From the NCBI GenBank assembly GCA_002710015.1, contig PAOW01000033.1:8059-72058 (forward strand): a DNA stretch of 64,000 nt, read 5' to 3'. This document shows, one piece after another, positions 58,669 to 64,000 of the stretch (its first letter is position 1; the number at the start of each line of letters is the position of its first letter). The notes beneath the pieces were generated by a model, which was given only the letters and a program-made list of their open reading frames with translations, was not told the DNA's origin and made no database searches. The position numbers and the translations under genes are program-made. This stretch comes from Methanobacteriota archaeon (lineage in GTDB: Archaea > Thermoplasmatota > Poseidoniia > Poseidoniales > Poseidoniaceae).

Positions 58669-59619
58669 TCATTTTCGCCGGAAAACGGCAGCCAATGTAA
58701 CAATTAGCACACACATTACAGAAGAATTTGCTGATAATGAGTTGTCCTCAACCTCCAATCCTACTGGCTCATTGTCGGGTAATGGCTCCTCATTTTCTTC
58801 CTCGGAATTATCACTTTTCGTGTCTGAATGTCCATCAACATTGAACTCTAGTTCATTGGTGTATGACAGGCCATTACCTTCGCTCGTTACCGTCAATAAG
58901 AATTTACAAATTCTATCTTGGTGATTTGAAGGTGCAGACAGGATTATTGATCCTATTTTCGAGTCTGATATGGTTACGCCTTGCTCAATTCCTGAATCAC
59001 TAGAATCATAATTCATTTGAGGACATCCTCGAAATGACATCGAAACTTTTTGTATTGCATCATCGACATTACCTGAATTCGAAATTTTTACATCGACCCT
59101 CTCGCTTGTTCCAGATTTAATTTCTGGACCTTTTCCGTCTATTAAAGATTGGAATTCTATCTCGAATCCAAATACTGAAGAGAATTGTATTTGTTTCTCG
59201 ATTTCTTTTGAGTCAATTACCTGATCACCCACATCCAAGGTAGCCGTAACTTTGACCACATCAAAGTATGCGCCACTAGCATCGTGAAACACGCCATCCA
59301 ACATTCCAGACCCTGTAATAGTTATTTCAAAGGTCTCATTTGCATTCGCTGCCACGTCGACTTTGCCTGGATCGTCTACTTCAAATCCATCATAAGTCTC
59401 GATTTCGACTTCAAATTCTCCCGGAACTGGACGTGAATTGTCAATCCAGAATTTCAAAACCAAATTGAAGTTTGAAGAACTATCAAGCTCCATAATTGCA
59501 GGTTCGTCTTCCACTTCCCAACCTAAATCCCAGTTAGGTGGCTCGAATTCTGGAAGTTGTGCATCTGCTGCTGGCACTACAAAAGCCAGTAGTAAGAGTG
59601 CGATTACTGCTCGTCTCAC
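58669..59619 (-). CDS. Secreted acidic protein with signal peptide and C-terminal TM anchor, first gene of MoxR operon
   Basis: 316 aa. Signal-like MRRAVIALLLLAFVVPAADA, an acidic beta-rich body, and a C-terminal VMCVLIVTLAAVF anchor. Overlaps the upstream hcrB-like stop by 4 nt. Confidence 0.4.
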   Translation of the reverse strand: MRRAVIALLLLAFVVPAADAQLPEFEPPNWDLGWEVEDEPAIMELDSSSNFNLVLKFWIDNSRPVPGEFEVEIETYDGFEVDDPGKVDVAANANETFEITITGSGMLDGVFHDASGAYFDVVKVTATLDVGDQVIDSKEIEKQIQFSSVFGFEIEFQSLIDGKGPEIKSGTSERVDVKISNSGNVDDAIQKVSMSFRGCPQMNYDSSDSGIEQGVTISDSKIGSIILSAPSNHQDRICKFLLTVTSEGNGLSYTNELEFNVDGHSDTKSDNSEEENEEPLPDNEPVGLEVEDNSLSANSSVMCVLIVTLAAVFRRK

Positions 59620-60569
59620 AATGGGTCCTCACAAGCCCTTTTGACTAAAACCTTTATCATATTTCTTCGATATCTTGGAGGAAGAGCAGTGTTGTTTACC
59701 GGTTTAGTTGTCCTGAATATAGCATCGCAAATCGCCTTCACATCTCCATTTGATTCAGCGACTTCGTCATCGTGCCGTCTGGGGATACTCTCGAGTGCGG
59801 TGGTGGCGACTCTTAGTGTACTTCTATCACCCTTCAACCACGCCGCTGCTGCTCCTGCTTCAGGAAAATCCCACGAGTCTCTAATCCTTAGTTTACGATA
59901 GGCTCCTATCCAATTTTCTATATCTTCAGGCATAGTAACCCTCAGCATGAATTCCCCCGGCTCCAGAACGTTCCTAGTCATTCCATCTAACTTGTAAAAC
60001 TCACTAATAGGGATTTTTCTCTCACCATTAGGCCCTATCAAGTGGACATGAGCATCCAATACCATAAGCGTTGGAGCAACATCGCCTTGATAGGTTGCAA
60101 CACAAAGCTCATTTTGATTTGGTATAACTCTGCAATCAGCTCCAGTACCACAATCACACTTGTGACACCAATCTATGCTACTTCTCCATTCTTCGGTTTG
60201 GTTAAACCAAAAGCAGCGTGTGTCCAAACAAAGGTTTCCTCCAAGTGTGGCGTTTCTTCTAATCAGAGATGATGCCACTTTACTTGCTGCTTCAGCGACC
60301 AGAGGATGGGCTTCACCTGATTCAGCAATGTCGTGAAGTCGCGCCATACAGCCTATTTCTGTCATTGATATCGTTGATAGGCCGTCAATTCCTGCCAAAG
60401 AGATTACATGAGGTTTTGAATTGATGTGCCATTTATAGTTGGGAATCAAATCCGTTCCCCCTGCAATCCAATCAAATTCCTGCCCAGATGCGAGAAGTTT
60501 TGCGGCAATATCACAGGCATCAGAAATGGACTTTGGTCTGTGCAATTCAAATGGAGGCATTAGCATCAT
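59616..60569 (-). CDS. Molybdo-flavoenzyme FAD-binding (medium) subunit with Cys-rich insertion (HcrB-like)
   Basis: 317 aa. CoxM/XdhB-type FAD domain (DWIAGGTDLIP, RNATLGGNL). A ~45-aa insertion, CLDTRCFWFNQTEEWRSSIDWCHKCDCGTGADCRVIPNQNELC (7 Cys), is absent from CoxM/XdhB but characteristic of the 4-hydroxybenzoyl-CoA reductase beta subunit. Confidence 0.7.
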   Translation of the reverse strand: MMLMPPFELHRPKSISDACDIAAKLLASGQEFDWIAGGTDLIPNYKWHINSKPHVISLAGIDGLSTISMTEIGCMARLHDIAESGEAHPLVAEAASKVASSLIRRNATLGGNLCLDTRCFWFNQTEEWRSSIDWCHKCDCGTGADCRVIPNQNELCVATYQGDVAPTLMVLDAHVHLIGPNGERKIPISEFYKLDGMTRNVLEPGEFMLRVTMPEDIENWIGAYRKLRIRDSWDFPEAGAAAAWLKGDRSTLRVATTALESIPRRHDDEVAESNGDVKAICDAIFRTTKPVNNTALPPRYRRNMIKVLVKRACEDPL

Positions 60570-63370
60570 TTACCACTCTCCATATGCCTCTGTTCTTTCT
60601 TCGTCCATGCGGTCCCTGCCAATCCAAGGTTTTCCAGCTGGCTAGCATCTGGCTTGACTGAAATCTTCCATGTCTCATCCTGTTCTTCGGGAGGCAATGT
60701 TGGATCTAGTCCAAACAACACACCATTTAGATATGGTCCTTTATCTTCCATTCTCTGCCTGCGAGAGTCTCTTAACTTGTGTTCATCTGATCTTTCTTCT
60801 AATTTCTCTTGTAGTTCAGAATAATCAAGGGTTGGAACCGGAAGTTCACGCGGATCGTCTATTTTCAGCTTTTTCATTTTCTTAGATATCGCAGCCCAAA
60901 CTTTGTCAGGAGTTAGTGGCAAGTCGTTTATTCTTACACCAATGGCATCATACACTGCATTGACTACCGCAGGAAGAATTGGTAACAGTGGCCCTTCACC
61001 TGCTTCTTTTGCTCCAAACGGACCCTCTGGGTCACAGGATTCAATAATAATCGGAGTTACATTTGGCATCTCATGAACGCTTGGAATCTTATACTCAAGG
61101 AAGTTAGGATTTTGCAAATGGCCAGTTCTTCCATAGACCATTTGTTCAGATAATACCTGACCTAGACCCATGTGGCATGAGCCTATGATTTGCCCCTCTA
61201 CCGCAAGAGGATTCAACGCTTTCCCACAGTCATGAGCAGCCCAAACATTAGTACACTTGATTAACCCTGTATCGACATCAACCTCAACCTCTGCAACATA
61301 GGCAGAGAATGAGTAAGCAGGAGCAAGCCCTGCTGCGGCTCCTTTGTGAATACCTCCCATAGGCGGAGTTCTGTAAGCACCACTTGCAATCAGCGCTCCA
61401 ATGTCTTCCTGAGATTTGTGTAGTGCATCCAGATATGATACGCCGATAGTTGGGTCCCTCTTATTGTAAATTCGTCTGTCGTTTAAGACTAACATTTTTG
61501 GCTCCAAATCTAGCATTTCACCAGCTGCATTGAGCAATTTTTCTCGAATCTCCAAAGCAGCACCAATCGCTGCGTTTGCGTTCATGAAAGTTACTCTAGA
61601 TGAGTATGAACCCAAATCCACGGGGCTGGTATCACTCTCATGAGATCTTACATGGACCATTTCAAGAGGGAGGGCTAGAACCTCAGCGACAACTTGAGCT
61701 ACTGCTGTGGAGGACCCCTGTCCAATATCAGCAGCCCCTGTGTGTACTGTCACCCCTCCATCCATATCTATTTGCAAGTGAACGGTAGCGTGAGGGAAAT
61801 TATGGGGGTCCCAATGAATCGGTAAACCTGAGCCTGAAATGAAAAAGCCACAACCTATTCCAATACCTTTGCCAAGTGGTAATTTTCGGAATTTTTCTGT
61901 CCAGTTGCTTCCTTCTCTTACTCTTTCTAGAGCCTGCCTCATTCCATTGGAAGTAATCCTAAATCCGGTTATGGTTTTGGAATGGGGTGGAAGCAAATTT
62001 GCCAATCGCAGGTCGATAGGGTCAACTTGGAGTTTCTCAGCAATATCATCTAACCCTACTTCTATTGCACACCTAGTATTCACAGCACCATGGCCTCTCA
62101 TAGCCCCACTTGCTGGCTTATTAGTCCAAACTCTTGCACCAGTGTAGTGAAATGATCCTAGTTCATAGGGCGCAGTCGCCAATACACCGTTGTAATATGA
62201 TGTGACGTGACCAAATGACGCAAAGCCACCTCCATCTATTAGTGCATCAATCTCAAATCCAGAAATTTTAGCGTCCTCGTTGGCATTTATTTTGACCTCG
62301 ATATGAGATGGGTGTCTTCCACGGTTGACCCAAAACACCTCCTCCCTGTCAAATGTTATTCTAACAGGCCTTCCAGCCTTTCGGGCTAATATAGCCGCAC
62401 ACATTTCATGAGGAAATGGATCTGATTTTCCTCCAAACCCTCCCCCGACGAATGTTCGTATGACATTTATCTGGTGCATAGGAACCTCAAGGACAGTAGC
62501 AAGTGCTCGGTGTGCGTAATGAGGCACCTGTTGTGGCGTGTATAATTGTAATCGGCCATTAGGATCCCAATGAGCAACCACTGCATGGGGTTCAGTAAAA
62601 CCGTGATTTACACCCATAAATTTCCATTTCCCATTGTGGAAAGCCTTGGTTGTGTTTTCTAGACTCTCCCTATCTCCAAACTCTTGAAAAACTCGTTTTT
62701 GAACATTGGTTGAGCCTATGTGATAAGGGCCACGCCAGTGGATTGGCTCGTCAACGTCCAGGAGACCCTTCTTTGGGTCATGTACAGCATCTAACACATC
62801 GTATTCTACTTCAATTAGAGTTACTGCTTGACGGGCTGTTTCTTCATCAACGGCTGCGACGCAGGCAACCAAATCACCAACATGTCTTACCTTTTCAACA
62901 GCCATTGCATGTTCATCTTTTGTAACAGGTAAAACTCCAAACTTACTAGGCGCGTCAACCCCGGTAGAAACTGCGATTACACCGGGTAGTTCTTCGGCCT
63001 TAGAGGTATCAACACTCTTCACTTTAGCATAATGATAAGGGGACCTCACAATTCTTCCAATCAACTCATTTGGCAGCCTTATATCATCGCCATACCAAGC
63101 TTGTCCAGTTACTTTTGCATTTGCATCTACAAGCGGTGTTCTTTTTCCAACAGTCGTTCCAGTTCTGTAACTATCTTGGAAATGACCACCAGCAGGCTGA
63201 GCTTCATTTCCGCCTTCTAATTCAGGGATGAATTCAAGGTCTCTTTCAGCCATTTTTGGTCTCGAACCTCCAGACCCGGGAGGGTTAAATCGCATCTTAC
63301 CAGCAACTCTTTTGCCATCTACGCGAACTTCTTTGCTCATGCCAGCCTGCTGAACGTAATCTTTACTCAT
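60566..63370 (-). CDS. Molybdopterin-binding large subunit of xanthine-dehydrogenase-family enzyme, with N- and C-terminal extensions
   Basis: 934 aa. Contains GGGFGGK, GHGAVNTRCAIE, and TGAADIGQGSSTAVAQVVAEVL (MoCo dimerisation region). About 60 aa N-terminal and about 120 aa C-terminal charged extensions lie beyond the typical ~780 aa. Confidence 0.85.
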   Translation of the reverse strand: MSKDYVQQAGMSKEVRVDGKRVAGKMRFNPPGSGGSRPKMAERDLEFIPELEGGNEAQPAGGHFQDSYRTGTTVGKRTPLVDANAKVTGQAWYGDDIRLPNELIGRIVRSPYHYAKVKSVDTSKAEELPGVIAVSTGVDAPSKFGVLPVTKDEHAMAVEKVRHVGDLVACVAAVDEETARQAVTLIEVEYDVLDAVHDPKKGLLDVDEPIHWRGPYHIGSTNVQKRVFQEFGDRESLENTTKAFHNGKWKFMGVNHGFTEPHAVVAHWDPNGRLQLYTPQQVPHYAHRALATVLEVPMHQINVIRTFVGGGFGGKSDPFPHEMCAAILARKAGRPVRITFDREEVFWVNRGRHPSHIEVKINANEDAKISGFEIDALIDGGGFASFGHVTSYYNGVLATAPYELGSFHYTGARVWTNKPASGAMRGHGAVNTRCAIEVGLDDIAEKLQVDPIDLRLANLLPPHSKTITGFRITSNGMRQALERVREGSNWTEKFRKLPLGKGIGIGCGFFISGSGLPIHWDPHNFPHATVHLQIDMDGGVTVHTGAADIGQGSSTAVAQVVAEVLALPLEMVHVRSHESDTSPVDLGSYSSRVTFMNANAAIGAALEIREKLLNAAGEMLDLEPKMLVLNDRRIYNKRDPTIGVSYLDALHKSQEDIGALIASGAYRTPPMGGIHKGAAAGLAPAYSFSAYVAEVEVDVDTGLIKCTNVWAAHDCGKALNPLAVEGQIIGSCHMGLGQVLSEQMVYGRTGHLQNPNFLEYKIPSVHEMPNVTPIIIESCDPEGPFGAKEAGEGPLLPILPAVVNAVYDAIGVRINDLPLTPDKVWAAISKKMKKLKIDDPRELPVPTLDYSELQEKLEERSDEHKLRDSRRQRMEDKGPYLNGVLFGLDPTLPPEEQDETWKISVKPDASQLENLGLAGTAWTKKEQRHMESGK

Positions 63371-63378
63371 GCTGACAC

Positions 63379-63954
63379 CTAGATTTCAGGGCCACTAGGA
63401 TGTGGATCGGAATGGGCTGCATTGTTTGAAGCGACCGCTTCTGCATCACCTCTGTGAATGGCTGCTGCAGCTTGTATTGATTGGATTATTTGCTGGTATC
63501 CAGTGCATCTGCAAAGGTTACCTTCAATTGCGCATGCAATTTCTTTTTCACTAGGGTCAGGGTTTTTGTCTAAAAGTGCCTGGGAAGCAACCAAAAAACC
63601 AGGTGTGCAGAAACCACATTGTGACCCTCCATAATCTGCAAAGCATTGTTGGATAGGCGCTAGATGGGATCCATCAGATAGCCCTTCAACAGTTGTAATT
63701 TTACAACCGCTCACGTCATGTGCCATAGTTAGACAAGAAAGGCGTGGCTCACCATCTATCATGACCGTACAACAGCCACATGTCCCCATGTCGCATCCGC
63801 GTTTAACACCCAAGCATCCTGCTTTGTCGCGGAGAACGTCAAGAAGTATCGAATTTGATTTTGCTATAACCTCTTTTTTCTGTCCGTTGACTTCCCCGAA
63901 CCATATTTCAGATGGTGCAGCAGGAATCATCGAGACAAAGTCTTCGCCGACCAT
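63379..63954 (-). CDS. [2Fe-2S] small subunit of molybdo-flavoenzyme (CoxS/HcrC-like)
   Basis: 191 aa. Plant-type ferredoxin motif CDMGTCGCCTV and second cluster CGFCTPGF...CRCTGY. Confidence 0.85.
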   Translation of the reverse strand: MVGEDFVSMIPAAPSEIWFGEVNGQKKEVIAKSNSILLDVLRDKAGCLGVKRGCDMGTCGCCTVMIDGEPRLSCLTMAHDVSGCKITTVEGLSDGSHLAPIQQCFADYGGSQCGFCTPGFLVASQALLDKNPDPSEKEIACAIEGNLCRCTGYQQIIQSIQAAAAIHRGDAEAVASNNAAHSDPHPSGPEI

Positions 63955-64000
63955 AAGTTACACCAACCTAATCTCCTTACAAAGACTCAACCTAATAGCG

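Noticed and set aside
1-64000. Searched for mobile elements, integrases, toxin-antitoxin pairs, restriction-modification or CRISPR-Cas
   Set aside because: No transposase/integrase-like ORFs, no direct-repeat arrays, and no Cas-like proteins were recognisable. The tRNA-Ser at 37101..37186 is flanked on both sides by housekeeping genes, with no obvious island signature.

Overview
This 64 kb window looks archaeal and is mostly core genome. It is densely coding on both strands, and I found no transposase, integrase or CRISPR array. No computations or database searches were run; every family assignment rests on motifs I recognise by eye and should be confirmed by HMM or structure search. On gene content the source is probably a Thermoplasmatota / Marine-Group-II-like euryarchaeon, which is an inference.

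Recognisable blocks, in order:
- GcvH-like protein, Dph2, Orc1/Cdc6, ribosomal protein S6e, aIF2-gamma and a PIN-domain protein.
- A WD40-like protein overlapping an Arch_ATPase/wHTH protein, followed by a palindrome-rich divergent promoter region.
- Class II HMG-CoA reductase, convergent with an smc-scpA-scpB operon.
- L-aspartate oxidase, ketopantoate reductase, and a large pseudo-S2P-like membrane glycoprotein.
- A complete A/V-type ATPase operon (H-I-K-E-C-F-A-B-D) on the minus strand.
- UbiE/MenG methyltransferase; an operon of an LTD-domain surface protein followed by three tandem KaiC-like genes (one intact P-loop, two degenerate); and a divergent 983-aa glycosylated surface protein.
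- tRNA-Ser(GCU), ctaB/ctaA (heme O/A synthesis), a CxxC thioredoxin-like secreted protein, rpoK, tryptophan 2,3-dioxygenase and purP.
- A membrane protein with an internally duplicated Cys/His-bearing domain, and a MacB/FtsX-type ABC transporter.
- An HTH_10 regulator followed by an archaeal DKFP-pathway aro cluster (ADH synthase, DHQ synthase II, GHMP shikimate kinase, chorismate synthase) plus aspartokinase.
- A MoxR-DUF58 operon with membrane and secreted partners.
- A molybdo-flavoenzyme in small-large-medium subunit order whose FAD subunit carries a Cys-rich insertion like that of 4-hydroxybenzoyl-CoA reductase.

The most interesting loci are the LTD + KaiC-like trio, the HcrCAB-like enzyme, the duplicated-domain coiled-coil membrane protein, the pseudo-S2P glycoprotein and the atypical MoxR operon.
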